From: an uncultured Pseudomonadota bacterium
GTDB lineage: Bacteria > Myxococcota_A > UBA796 > SXON01
Length of the DNA: 57,670 nucleotides
Assembly: GCA_903959175.1 (NCBI GenBank)
Contig: CAJBVW010000019.1
Span: forward strand, 1-57,670
Direction of reading: 5' to 3'
The notes beneath the pieces are model-generated. The model worked only from the letters and a program-made list of their open reading frames with translations. It had not been told where the DNA came from and made no database searches. Position 1 is the first letter of the stretch; each line of letters opens with the position of its first letter. Below, in pieces: positions 1-12,286 of this stretch. Both the position numbers and the translations under genes were made by a program.

Positions 1-70
1 ACTTTGCAGTTAAATCATCGCACCAGGCGTAATAGGTATTAATCCATTGGCCAAATGGTCCTTCGTTAAC

Positions 71-859
71 GCGGCCCGGCCAGGGCTCCAGCACCTTCAG
101 CATCCGGTGGTACTCGCCCACGTCCTCCATGTCGATCTGAAGGGCGCGGGAGATGGCGCCGTAGTTCCGCTTCTCGAAGTCACCGAGGTGGTTCTTGATC
201 AGCGCTGGGAACGTCGGGTCGTCCGGATAGACGATGCCGATCTGGACCAGCAGGCACTCCTCGAGGTCTCGCGCGCCGCAGCCGAGGGGGTCGAGGTGCT
301 GGACGATGTCGAGGGCGCCCTCGAGGTCATCACGGTCGACGTCCTGCCCAGCGACGAGATCGTCCAGGGGGACGGAGAGCCACCCGCGATCGTCCAGGTT
401 GCGGATGATCAAGAGGGCGGCGGCGCGCTCTCCGTCCGTGCAGCTCTGCATCTGCAGCTGCCACTCGAGGTGCTCGGTGAGCGACTCGCGACCCACGAGG
501 TTGGTCTCGATCGGGGGGAGCTCTTCGAGCCCGCTGGCGCCGCGCGGGGGCCCCGTATCGGAGCCCTGGGCCTCCATGTACTTGTTCCAGTCGATGTCGT
601 CGCCCTGGCCGTTGTTCTGCTCGTCCTGGTCGCGACTCACGTCCGCAGCCTGGGACTCGAGGGCCCGCTCGGCGTCGCTCGTGGTGTCCACGGCGGTGTC
701 GGGCACCTCCTCCAGCGTAGGGTTTTCGAGCATCTCCTGCTGGACCTGCTCGACAAGCTCAAGGTGATTGAGCTGGAGGAGCTTGATGGCTTGCTGCAGC
801 TGAGGCGTGATCGCAAGCTGTTGCTGGAGCCGCAGGTTCTGCTTGATCTCCAACCCCAT
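71..859 (-). CDS. rpoN: RNA polymerase sigma-54 factor, N-terminal part only
   Basis: Manual translation from ATG 859: MGLEIKQNLRLQQQLAITPQLQQAIKLLQLNHLEL...ENPTLEE (sigma-54 region I), continuing to ...LKVLEPWPGR. Lies downstream of lptB, as is usual. Missing from the ORF track because there is no stop in the window. Similarity to RpoN ends at about position 70. Confidence 0.95.
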
Positions 860-926
860 CGACTACGCGTTCCTCCCTACGGGCGAAAGTCGGGCGATTT
901 GCCCGATGAAGCGGCCTTTTGATTGA

Positions 927-1696
927 CTACTCCTCCATCGTATCGGTCTTGCGGGCGCTTGGCAAAGGCACTCCGAGCACGAAGTCGGGCCCGAGGTACC
1001 GGGCACGGGCGCGGGGGTCGTTGGCGACGGCCGATGGAGTACCTTCCACCTGTACTGTTCCGCCGTCGACCACAGTCGCCCGGTCACAGATCGCAAGGGT
1101 CTCGCGGACCGCGTGATCGGTCACCAACACCGCGATCCCGGTGGCGGCCAGCGCGCGCACGAGCCCCTGCAGCCCGCTCACTGCGACGGGGTCGATGCCC
1201 GCGAAGGGCTCGTCGAGGAGGAGTAGCCGCGGCGAGAGCGCGAGGAGGCGGGCGATCTCGAGCCGCCGGCGCTCGCCGCCGGAGAGGCCGTCCACGCGGC
1301 GCCCGCCGAGGTGGCCGATGCCCACGCGGTCCAGCAGCGCGTCGGGGCTGGCGCCCGCCGGGCCCATCGCGGCGGCGAGGGCGACGTTCCCGCGCACGTC
1401 CAGGTCGCGGAACAACGTGTCCTCCTGCGGCAGGTAGCCGAGGCCCCGCGCCGCGCGCCGATGGAGCGGGAGCCCGTCCAGCGCCTGCCCTCCCAAAGAG
1501 ACGCTCCCCGCGTCCGGCGACTCGACGCCGGCGAGCATGCGGAACACGGTGGTCTTTCCGGCCCCGTTGGGGCCCAGGAGGCCGTGGACGGTGCCCAGCG
1601 GCACGGTGAGGGACACGCCCCCGACGACGACACGCCGCCCGTAGGCCTTCCGGAGGCCCACGGCGACGAGGCCGATCGCCGCGGGGTCGGGGAGGC

Positions 1697-1700
<4 letters not shown>
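927..1700 (-). CDS. lptB: LPS export ABC transporter ATP-binding protein
   Basis: GLLGPNGAGKTT, LGYLPQE, LSGGERRRLEIAR, LLLDEPFAGIDP, TDH motifs; sits between lptA and rpoN. Start uncertain: CTG 1700 overlapping the lptA stop, or GTG 1733. Confidence 0.92.
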
Positions 1701-4801
<3,101 letters not shown>

Positions 4802-4867
4802 CGGGCGCTCCAAAAACACGAAAGTCCCGCGCGGACGAGCCGCACGGGACTGACGTAGTCGACGCGT

Positions 4868-5266
4868 TTAGCGCTTGCTGAACTGGAAGCGCTTGCGGGC
4901 GCCCGGACGACCGTACTTCTTGCGCTCGACCATGCGGTCGTCGCGGCGGAGGAAGCCGGCACGCTTGAGCTCGGTGCGATCGGTCGGGTTGGCGACGCAG
5001 AGCGCGCGGGCGATGCCCATGCGGATCGCCTCGGCCTGGCCGGACTTGCCGCCACCGGCGACGGTGACGAACACGTCGTAACGCTCGGGGGCGCCGACGA
5101 GCTGCGCCGGCTGGCGCACGATCATCTTGGCCGTGGCGCGCTCGAAGTACACCTCGATGTCACGGGCGTTGACCTGGATCTTCCCAGTGCCGGGGCGGAG
5201 GAAGACACGGGCGGCGGCCGTCTTGCGGCGACCAGTCGCGTAGTACTGAACAGGGGAAGTGCGCAT
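4868..5266 (-). CDS. rpsI: 30S ribosomal protein S9
   Basis: [42 protein letters not shown]. Confidence 0.99.
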   Translation of the reverse strand: MRTSPVQYYATGRRKTAAARVFLRPGTGKIQVNARDIEVYFERATAKMIVRQPAQLVGAPERYDVFVTVAGGGKSGQAEAIRMGIARALCVANPTDRTELKRAGFLRRDDRMVERKKYGRPGARKRFQFSKR

Positions 5267-5272
5267 GTGATC

Positions 5273-5725
5273 TCAGAGGTGATCGGGGAGGGGGCGGGGC
5301 TGCTGGGCGACGTGGGGGTGCGTCGTACCGGCGTAGACCTTGAGCTTGCCGAGCATGACCCGGCCGAGGCGGGTGCCCGGGACCATGCCCTGAACGGCGG
5401 CCTGGAGGACGCGCTCGGGGTGGATCTCAAGCTGCCGGCGGGCGGTCACGGAGCGAAGGCCGCCCTTGTACCCGGAGTAGTTGTGGTACTTCTTCTGGTC
5501 GAGCTTGCGGCCCGTCAGCACCACCTTCTCGGCGTTGACGACGACTACGAAGTCGCCGGCATCGACATGGGCGGTGTAGGACGCCTTGTGCTTGCCCTGG
5601 AGCACCTTGGAGATGCGGGTGGCGAGGCGGCCGAGGGTCTGCCCCTCGGCGTCGACGATGAACCACTCGGGCGCGAGCTCGGAGGCCTTCGTCGAGTGGG
5701 TGGTCCAGCTGTGATGCTCGATCAT
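5273..5725 (-). CDS. rplM: 50S ribosomal protein L13
   Basis: WFIVDAEGQTLGRLAT, GDFVVVVNAEKV, LKVYAGTTHPH; directly upstream of rpsI. Confidence 0.98.
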   Translation of the reverse strand: MIEHHSWTTHSTKASELAPEWFIVDAEGQTLGRLATRISKVLQGKHKASYTAHVDAGDFVVVVNAEKVVLTGRKLDQKKYHNYSGYKGGLRSVTARRQLEIHPERVLQAAVQGMVPGTRLGRVMLGKLKVYAGTTHPHVAQQPRPLPDHL

Positions 5726-5781
5726 GGAGAAATCCCTAGGGTGCGCCCCTCGTCGGGGAGGGGCAGGATCGGAACCGGCGG

Positions 5782-5810
5782 CGCTTATCCGGAGGCCCAC
5801 CGGACGTCAA
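5782..5810 (-). promoter_or_regulatory. Putative sigma70-type promoter of rplM-rpsI
   Basis: TTGACG-N17-TAAGCG, 56 nt upstream of the rplM ATG. Confidence 0.5.
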
Positions 5811-7234
5811 GGATCGCGGTCCGAGACGGAGGCCACCGAAGGGGCGGATTGGTAGCGTTCCAGGACCAGCCCGTCAAGCCCCGGATGCACCCGCAGGACG
5901 GCGGAAAAGGCGTCCGAACGCGCCCCTGCCTCCGAGATGGCCCTTGCCGTGCGGATCTGCGAGCCGATCGCGTCGGCACCGCTCGGTGCGTCCGATCGCA
6001 TGCGGGGGTCGGGGCGACGCGCGGCCAGCTCTCCCCACGTCTCGGGGACCAGCGCCGCCCACGGCATGTCGCGGCTGCCCCGCGTCCCGACGGCTGCGAC
6101 GTGGTCGGGATCCTGCGCCGCCCAGTCCGCGAGCGCTCCGCCGACGTCCCCGCCGACGAGGAGGCGGATCGCGACGCGCGCGCGGTGGACGGGCTCCCCG
6201 GCGGGCTCGGCGGTGAGCGCGTCCGCGAGCGCGTCCTCGACGCCGAGGCGGTCGCCCTGCGCCGCCGCGACCCGGGCCCGGACGACCGCGGCCTGCGCCC
6301 CCGGTAGGGCGGCGAGGGCCGTCACGTCGGCGCCCCCGGCGCTCGCCATGGCCCGCGCCAGGCCCGCGGGGACGCTCGCGTCCAGACCGGCCGTGGAGGG
6401 CTCGCCGCTGTAGAGGAGGGCCATCCAGAGGCCGTGCAGGGCGGCGGGCGGCGGGCGCCCCGTCGCGTCGGGTGCCAGGAGGTGCGCAGCCTCGGCGAGC
6501 CGCTCGGGAGTCGGCGACTCCTGGTAGAGGATCGCGGCCCGGTGCACGTCGAGCCCCGCCGCCGCGTAGGCGGCGGCAGCCGCCTCGAATTCACCAGCGC
6601 GATCCAAGGCTTCGGCTCGGATCCGCAGCAGTTCGGGCGCGCGGGGGCCGAGCCCTCCGCACGCGGAGGTCTCGATCGCCCAGGCGAGATCGCCCTCGGC
6701 GAGCGCCGCCAGACCGACGATGCGGCAGGCCAGCACGTCGCGCGGCTCCTCCACGAGCGCGCCCTCCGCGGCGAAGCGGGCGGCGTCACCGTCCCCCTTG
6801 GCGAGCGCGATCCGCAGCCGCGCGGCGTCGTCCCCGCGCTCGCCCAGGATCGCGAGCGCGTCGCCATCCCCGAGCGCCGCCTTCCACTCGGCGCGGGGGC
6901 CGCGCCACCGCGGCTTCCCCTCCCCCCACGTCGCGAGCGCGCTCCCCAGCGCGTCGGTGAGGCACCCGCCGGTCGTCCGCGCCTGCGCGGGCACGCGCGC
7001 CGCGGCCAGGAGCAACATCCGCCAGTCCTCGTCGAGCCCCTCCGCCACGACGCGCGCGCGCAGCCCCGCGCAGGCCGCCGCGATCTGGCCCAGCAGGACA
7101 CGCTCCTCGACAGCGGACGGCGCGGGGACCGACGCGGGGGGCGGCGCGGCGCCGAGGTCCCGGACGATCGCCGGGCGAGGGTCCGGGGGGGCGCCGGGCC
7201 CGCAGGCCAACAGCGCGAGGAGGACCAGGGTCAC
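5807..7234 (-). CDS. Hypothetical Ala-rich helical (TPR-like) lipoprotein
   Basis: MTLVLLALLAC lipobox, coding-like codon bias, start overlaps the upstream gene's stop. Confidence 0.7.
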   Translation of the reverse strand: MTLVLLALLACGPGAPPDPRPAIVRDLGAAPPPASVPAPSAVEERVLLGQIAAACAGLRARVVAEGLDEDWRMLLLAAARVPAQARTTGGCLTDALGSALATWGEGKPRWRGPRAEWKAALGDGDALAILGERGDDAARLRIALAKGDGDAARFAAEGALVEEPRDVLACRIVGLAALAEGDLAWAIETSACGGLGPRAPELLRIRAEALDRAGEFEAAAAAYAAAGLDVHRAAILYQESPTPERLAEAAHLLAPDATGRPPPAALHGLWMALLYSGEPSTAGLDASVPAGLARAMASAGGADVTALAALPGAQAAVVRARVAAAQGDRLGVEDALADALTAEPAGEPVHRARVAIRLLVGGDVGGALADWAAQDPDHVAAVGTRGSRDMPWAALVPETWGELAARRPDPRMRSDAPSGADAIGSQIRTARAISEAGARSDAFSAVLRVHPGLDGLVLERYQSAPSVASVSDRDP

Positions 7235-8685
7235 GGCTCGGCGGGCTCCTCGGGGGGCACGTACCGGCTCTGCTCCCCGAGGGTGCGACTGGCCGCGAAG
7301 ATGTCACTGGAGCCGAAGCGACCGTCCCCCCACACGGCGAGCACGGCGTCGTCTCCGAGGTGGATCCCGAGGTCTACCGCGTAGGCACTGCCAGGCTCGT
7401 TCGAGTTCAGGCGTAGGTCGTCCGCGCTCCAGTCCTGGCCGCCGTTCTCCGAGTAGTTGTAGAACAGGTCGTTGAAGCCAACCTCTTCCCCGTCCGCGCG
7501 GCCGTCTCCCCAGCCGACGAGCACGGTGTCCCCCTCGACGAGGAGGACCGGCGTGAAGCTCTGGGACTCGCCGCCGGCGTCGGTGTCCAGCCGACGCTCC
7601 TCGCCCCCCCACTCCTGGCCGCCGTCGCGGGAGAAGCGGTGGTAGATGTCGTACCCGCCGGCACGTGCGTCCTGCCAGACGACGTGCACCCGATCTCCCA
7701 CGGCGGCAACCACGGGGTTGATCGACGCGAACTTGCCGGCAGCGTCGCTGTCCACCCTCTTCGGTTCGTCCGGCCAGGAGGCACCCCCGTCGGACGAGGC
7801 GCTCATGAAGACGTCGCGTTCGTCGCCGTTCCGCTCGTCGTGCCATACGACGTAGACGTGGTCCCCCGCCATGGCGAGCGAGGGCAGGAAGCTGTCGTGC
7901 ACGCCGCCGTCATCGCCCCCGTCGAGGCGGGCGTCGTCTCCGGCGAAGGTGACGCCGCCGTCGGTGGAGACGTTCGCGTAGATGTCGGACCCGCCCGCGC
8001 GGCTGTCCTCCCACGCGACGACCACGCGGCCGTCCTCGTTCGCGGCGAGGCGAGGCCATGCGCTGTAGGCGTCTCCGGCGGGGTCCGTGTCGACGCGCGT
8101 GGGCGCTTCCAGCCAGGTGGCGCCCCCGTCGGCGGTAGCCTGCACGTAGATGTCGTAGGCGCCGTCGCGGTTGTCGAACCACGCCACGTACGCCTGGTCC
8201 CCCACCGCCACGACACGCGGCGCGAGGCTCATGGCCTCGCCCTCGAGGTCCCCGTCGATTTGGAGCGGCTCCGCGAGCCAGCTCCGACCGCCGTCCGCCG
8301 ACACGTTCACGTAGATGTTGCGGTAGCGGAGGTCCCCGTCGCGCTCGTCCTCCCAGACCACGTACATGCGCTCGCCCGCGCACGCGATGTCGGGGGCGTA
8401 CGCGCCGGCCTCGCCGAGGGAGAGCGGCACGTCCGCCGTCATCCAGGTGGCGCCCTGGTCGCCGCTCGCGTTGAACCAGATCGCCGGGGCCTCGTCGCGA
8501 TCGTCCTGCCACGCCACGGCGAGGTGCCCGTCCGCGAAGCAGCTGCGGGGCACGATCGACTCGATCGCGGCGTCCTTCAGGTTGTGATCGACCTTCACGT
8601 CCTGCGTCGGCCCCTCGTCCTCGGCGCTCTCGCCGGTGCAGGCAGCGAGGAGGGAGGCCAACAGCAGGGGCGGGGCGACGCGCAT
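7231..8685 (-). CDS. BNR/Asp-box repeat (sialidase-fold) beta-propeller lipoprotein
   Basis: LLAAC lipobox; seven S/T-x-D/N-G/Q-G-x-x-W/F Asp-boxes inside roughly 58-aa repeats of the form VYVVWxDxRxG..DIY. Confidence 0.85.
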   Translation of the reverse strand: MRVAPPLLLASLLAACTGESAEDEGPTQDVKVDHNLKDAAIESIVPRSCFADGHLAVAWQDDRDEAPAIWFNASGDQGATWMTADVPLSLGEAGAYAPDIACAGERMYVVWEDERDGDLRYRNIYVNVSADGGRSWLAEPLQIDGDLEGEAMSLAPRVVAVGDQAYVAWFDNRDGAYDIYVQATADGGATWLEAPTRVDTDPAGDAYSAWPRLAANEDGRVVVAWEDSRAGGSDIYANVSTDGGVTFAGDDARLDGGDDGGVHDSFLPSLAMAGDHVYVVWHDERNGDERDVFMSASSDGGASWPDEPKRVDSDAAGKFASINPVVAAVGDRVHVVWQDARAGGYDIYHRFSRDGGQEWGGEERRLDTDAGGESQSFTPVLLVEGDTVLVGWGDGRADGEEVGFNDLFYNYSENGGQDWSADDLRLNSNEPGSAYAVDLGIHLGDDAVLAVWGDGRFGSSDIFAASRTLGEQSRYVPPEEPAEP

Positions 8686-8797
8686 CGACAGGCTCCGAAC
8701 GGGGGGCGACCGCGAGGATATCCCACGCTCCCGACCCCGTCAGGGTTGACGCGCCCTTGGGGGTAAGTAAAGAGGGCGGCTCGCGTCTGGGAGACCC

Positions 8798-9115
8798 ATG
8801 CAGGACAAGAGCAAGCTCGGCAAGCGCTACCAATGCTTCCAGTGCGGAATGAAGTTCTACGACCTCAATCGGCCTGAGCCGCTGTGTCCGAAGTGCGGCG
8901 CGGATCAGCGTGAGAACCCGAACCCCGATCCGCGCGAGGCCATCCTCGCCCGCTTCAAGGGCAAGGGCGCCATGACCAAGGGCGCCTCCCGCGAAGAGTT
9001 CGCGGAAGAAGAGGCCGAGGAGTCGGACGAAGACTCCGACACGGACGAGGCAGATGACCTCGAGGAAGAGGAAGAAGACGTCGGCGAGTCCGCCGAGGTC
9101 GAAGAAGAGGACTAG
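8798..9115 (+). CDS. FYDLN acid domain-containing protein (Zn ribbon plus acidic tail)
   Basis: [28 protein letters not shown] followed by an E/D-rich C-terminus. Confidence 0.92.
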   Translation: MQDKSKLGKRYQCFQCGMKFYDLNRPEPLCPKCGADQRENPNPDPREAILARFKGKGAMTKGASREEFAEEEAEESDEDSDTDEADDLEEEEEDVGESAEVEEED

Positions 9116-9927
9116 TCCTCGTCGTCGGGCTCTTCTTCGGAGGGGCCCGCCGCATCGCCGTCGGCTTCGAGCCGCATTGCCGCCTCCGGATAGCGTACCT
9201 CGACGAGGTAGAGGCCGTCCGGGGGCGCTGTGCGTCCGGCCTTCGCGCGTTTTCCCGTCTCAAGCGCCTCGCGCACGTCCTCGATCCGCAGCCGCCCCAG
9301 GCCGACGTCGATCGCAGTTCCGCTCATGATGCGAACCTGATAGCGGAGAAAACCGCCGCCCTCGAACTCGAGGTGGTGTTCGTCCCCGCGGACCAGGTGC
9401 TCGGCGCGCTCGATGCTCCGCACGGTGCGCGGGTTCTCGCAGCCGGACGACCGGAAGCCGGCGAAGTCGTGCGTCCCCCGGAGGAGCGCGAGCGTCTCCT
9501 CGACGCGGGCCCAGTCGACCGGATGGCGGATGTACCAGGCGCGCCCGACGTGGAAGGGCGAGCGATCCGCCCGCGCGAGGACGACGTAGCGGTACTTCTT
9601 CCCGCGCGCCGACTTGCGGGCGTGGAAGTACTCCGGTGCCACGGCGGCCTCGATGCACGAGAGGTCCCGCGGCAGCATCGTGTTCATCGCGAGCCGGACC
9701 TTGTGCGCCTCGCGCGGGGTCTCCGCGCGGAAGCTGATCACCTGGCCGAGGGCGTGGACGCCGGCGTCCGTCCGGCCGGAGCCGTGGACGATGATGCGCT
9801 CGCCGCCGAAGAAGCGGGAGAGGGCCTCCTCGAGGGTCTCCTGGACGGTGCGCGGGCCCGCCTGGCGTTGAAAGCCGGAGAAGGCGCGGCCGTCGTACTC
9901 GATGACCAGCCGCCAGGTGGTGCGCAT
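9112..9927 (-). CDS. truA: tRNA pseudouridine(38-40) synthase
   Basis: [50 protein letters not shown]. Confidence 0.98.
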   Translation of the reverse strand: MRTTWRLVIEYDGRAFSGFQRQAGPRTVQETLEEALSRFFGGERIIVHGSGRTDAGVHALGQVISFRAETPREAHKVRLAMNTMLPRDLSCIEAAVAPEYFHARKSARGKKYRYVVLARADRSPFHVGRAWYIRHPVDWARVEETLALLRGTHDFAGFRSSGCENPRTVRSIERAEHLVRGDEHHLEFEGGGFLRYQVRIMSGTAIDVGLGRLRIEDVREALETGKRAKAGRTAPPDGLYLVEVRYPEAAMRLEADGDAAGPSEEEPDDED

Positions 9928-9928
9928 G

Positions 9929-12286
9929 TCAGAAGTCGAACTTCAACCCGAAGGAGACCTCGGAGGAGGACAGGTTGAGCTGGTCCTCGCCGTGCACGAG
10001 GAGGGTGTTGCGATACTCGGCGACCAGGAAGGTGTCGTTGATGCCGCTCACGGCCTCGAGCCGGCTCGCCGCGCGGCGATCCACGGCGTCGAGCAGGAAC
10101 ATGAGGCCGCCGCCGAAGTGCCAGCCGTACTTCCCCCCGTTCGCGATGTGGTCGGTGGTCTCCGGGGACGCGACGTACCAGTTCTCCTCCCACATCCAGT
10201 AGTCGACCCCGAGGCGCCCGAACGGGACGATGGGCTGCTCGTCGAAGAGGTCGAGGCGGCCCGTGAGGGTCAGCGCCAGCGGCACCATCGTGAAGGTGTC
10301 GTCCTCGGAGCTGGCCTCTCCGGCCGCGGTCTGCAGGAAGCCCTTCTCCTGGAAGAAGCCGACGCCGAGATTCGCGTCGACGAAGCGGGACGCGTAGCCG
10401 TACTCGAACCAGAGGATCCCGGTGGCGTTCCCACCGAACACGTCCGTGATGTAGGGATCGGCGACGGTGATCGGCCCGTAGCGCAGCTGCACGTTCATCG
10501 TGCGGGGGCTCTCGTCGTCGTCCGTCGCGGCGTGCGCCGGGGTCACCGCGAGGCCGATGGCGAGCAGCGCCGCACCGCCCGCGACGCGCCGACGGCGGGT
10601 CACGAGCGCGGCCGCGAGGGCCACGACCGCCGCGCCGGCTCCGCTCCCGGTGCCGCAGAGCGGGGGGAGATAGCCGCCCTTCTCGCCCGCGCGCGCGCTG
10701 ACGGAGAAGGTCTCTTCGGGCGTGACGGACTGGATCTCGGACATGGGACCCTCGAGGCCACCCTCGTCGGTGGCGCGTACGGCGACGTAGTAGGTTGTCC
10801 CGTTGGTGACGGGGGAGAACGTCCTGCTAACTGACGACCCGGGGTCGGCGGCGAACGAGAGCGGTGCCGTGATGTCGTCTGTGCCGGAGAACTCCGGCCC
10901 CCCCGTAGGGTGATCCGCGGCAGTGAAGGGAGCAACGTCGACGTAGATCGTGTAGCTCTCGATGTCCTCGGCCTCCAGCGCCGTGAACGCGACGGAGAAG
11001 GACTCGTTCCCGAGGCCGACGCCCGACTCGTCGAAGCCCACCTTGCCGGGCGGGTTGTCGACGAGGATGGAGCCCGCGGCGCGGCCGACCAGGCCGTTGG
11101 CGTCCTTCAGGAACACCCAGAGCGTGTTGGCCCCCTCCTCGTAGCCACCGGCGGAGGACACGGTGAAGGACACGCTGGTGGGGGTGTCGGCGGCGACATC
11201 GCCGTCGTCGAGGACGGTGCCGTCCGCGACGGCGGTGCCGCCGCGGCGGATCTCGTAGTAGCCGGCGGTGTCCGTCGAGAAGGTCAGCGTGACCTCGTCG
11301 CCGTCGGTCACCGACGCGGGGCTCACGGAGTCGACCGTGACCCAGGGGTGGTCGGTGAGGACGAGCACCGTACCGTCCGAGGTAGCGCCTAGCGCGTAGC
11401 CCTCGAAGGTCACGATGTCGGTGAGGTTCGTCGCGCCGTCGATGGCGGACTGCTCGGTGCCGGGGAGCCCCGAGTCGAAGCCGTAAAGGAGCGCGTCGGC
11501 GCCCCCCGCGCCGAGGATCATCCAGCCTTCGACGGGCTCGATCCCGACGGCGGAGATCACGTCCGCCACGTTGGTCAGCGAGGCGACGTAGTCGTTCTCG
11601 GTGATCTCGAAGCGCACGAGGCCCCCACCTTCGTCGGCGAGGTACACGTCCAGGCCGTCCGTGTAGGGGTAGGCGTCCACGAGCTGACGGCCGAGGCTGC
11701 TCTGCGGCAGGAGGGCGGTCCCGTCGGTGGTGAGGACCTTCGACACCTCGTCCCCGCCGTGCGCCACGATGAGCGTGGTGCCGACGAGGACGGTGTCCTC
11801 GACGGTGTCGCTCTGGAGGGCGGTGGGGAAACCGGAGAGCTCGTCGCCGTCGACGGTGACGGCCGCGACCATGGCGCCCTCGGTGGGGTCGTCCACGACG
11901 GCGTAGACGTTCTCTCCGTCCGTCTCGACCGCGAGCACGGGGCCGTCGCCGAGAGTGAGCGGGGTGCCGGAGAGCGAGATGTCCCCCGCGGGCGAGACCT
12001 CGATCACCGCGACGGTGCCGTCGTCACAGCCGGTGTAGAAGGTCCAGCCGACGGTGGTGTCCCCCGAGACCGCGGCGCCCGTAGCGCTCGGGCAGGAGGC
12101 GGCGATGACCGTCGGGATGAAGGTGCCGGTGTCGAGGACGGTGAAGTCGCCGGTACCCTGGTCGTTCCAGCCCGCCCAGCCGCCCTCGGCGCTCACGACC
12201 ACATCCGTGACGGAGGTGCCGACGACGTAGGTGGACGCGAGGCGATCGGGGGCTGCGACGGCCGCCGCGACGAGCGAGAGGATCAC
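9929..12286 (-). CDS. Fusion protein: beta-propeller/Ig/FN3 surface protein with internal MYXO-CTERM (MXAN_2561-like) plus C-terminal outer-membrane beta-barrel (MXAN_2562-like)
   Basis: GTG start overlaps the upstream stop. FN3 motif NGTTYYVAVRATDEGG; sorting-type segment GGYLPPLCGTGSGAGAAVVALAAALVTRRRR; second signal peptide ending AHA; amphipathic strands ending FGLKFDF. Confidence 0.8.
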   Translation of the reverse strand: MILSLVAAAVAAPDRLASTYVVGTSVTDVVVSAEGGWAGWNDQGTGDFTVLDTGTFIPTVIAASCPSATGAAVSGDTTVGWTFYTGCDDGTVAVIEVSPAGDISLSGTPLTLGDGPVLAVETDGENVYAVVDDPTEGAMVAAVTVDGDELSGFPTALQSDTVEDTVLVGTTLIVAHGGDEVSKVLTTDGTALLPQSSLGRQLVDAYPYTDGLDVYLADEGGGLVRFEITENDYVASLTNVADVISAVGIEPVEGWMILGAGGADALLYGFDSGLPGTEQSAIDGATNLTDIVTFEGYALGATSDGTVLVLTDHPWVTVDSVSPASVTDGDEVTLTFSTDTAGYYEIRRGGTAVADGTVLDDGDVAADTPTSVSFTVSSAGGYEEGANTLWVFLKDANGLVGRAAGSILVDNPPGKVGFDESGVGLGNESFSVAFTALEAEDIESYTIYVDVAPFTAADHPTGGPEFSGTDDITAPLSFAADPGSSVSRTFSPVTNGTTYYVAVRATDEGGLEGPMSEIQSVTPEETFSVSARAGEKGGYLPPLCGTGSGAGAAVVALAAALVTRRRRVAGGAALLAIGLAVTPAHAATDDDESPRTMNVQLRYGPITVADPYITDVFGGNATGILWFEYGYASRFVDANLGVGFFQEKGFLQTAAGEASSEDDTFTMVPLALTLTGRLDLFDEQPIVPFGRLGVDYWMWEENWYVASPETTDHIANGGKYGWHFGGGLMFLLDAVDRRAASRLEAVSGINDTFLVAEYRNTLLVHGEDQLNLSSSEVSFGLKFDF

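Noticed and set aside
890-906. Hairpin TCGGGC-GATTT-GCCCGA between lptB and rpoN
   Set aside because: No convincing U-tract on either strand; cannot distinguish terminator, operator or chance in GC-rich DNA.
47-922. 291-aa plus-strand ORF
   Set aside because: Antisense shadow of rpoN.
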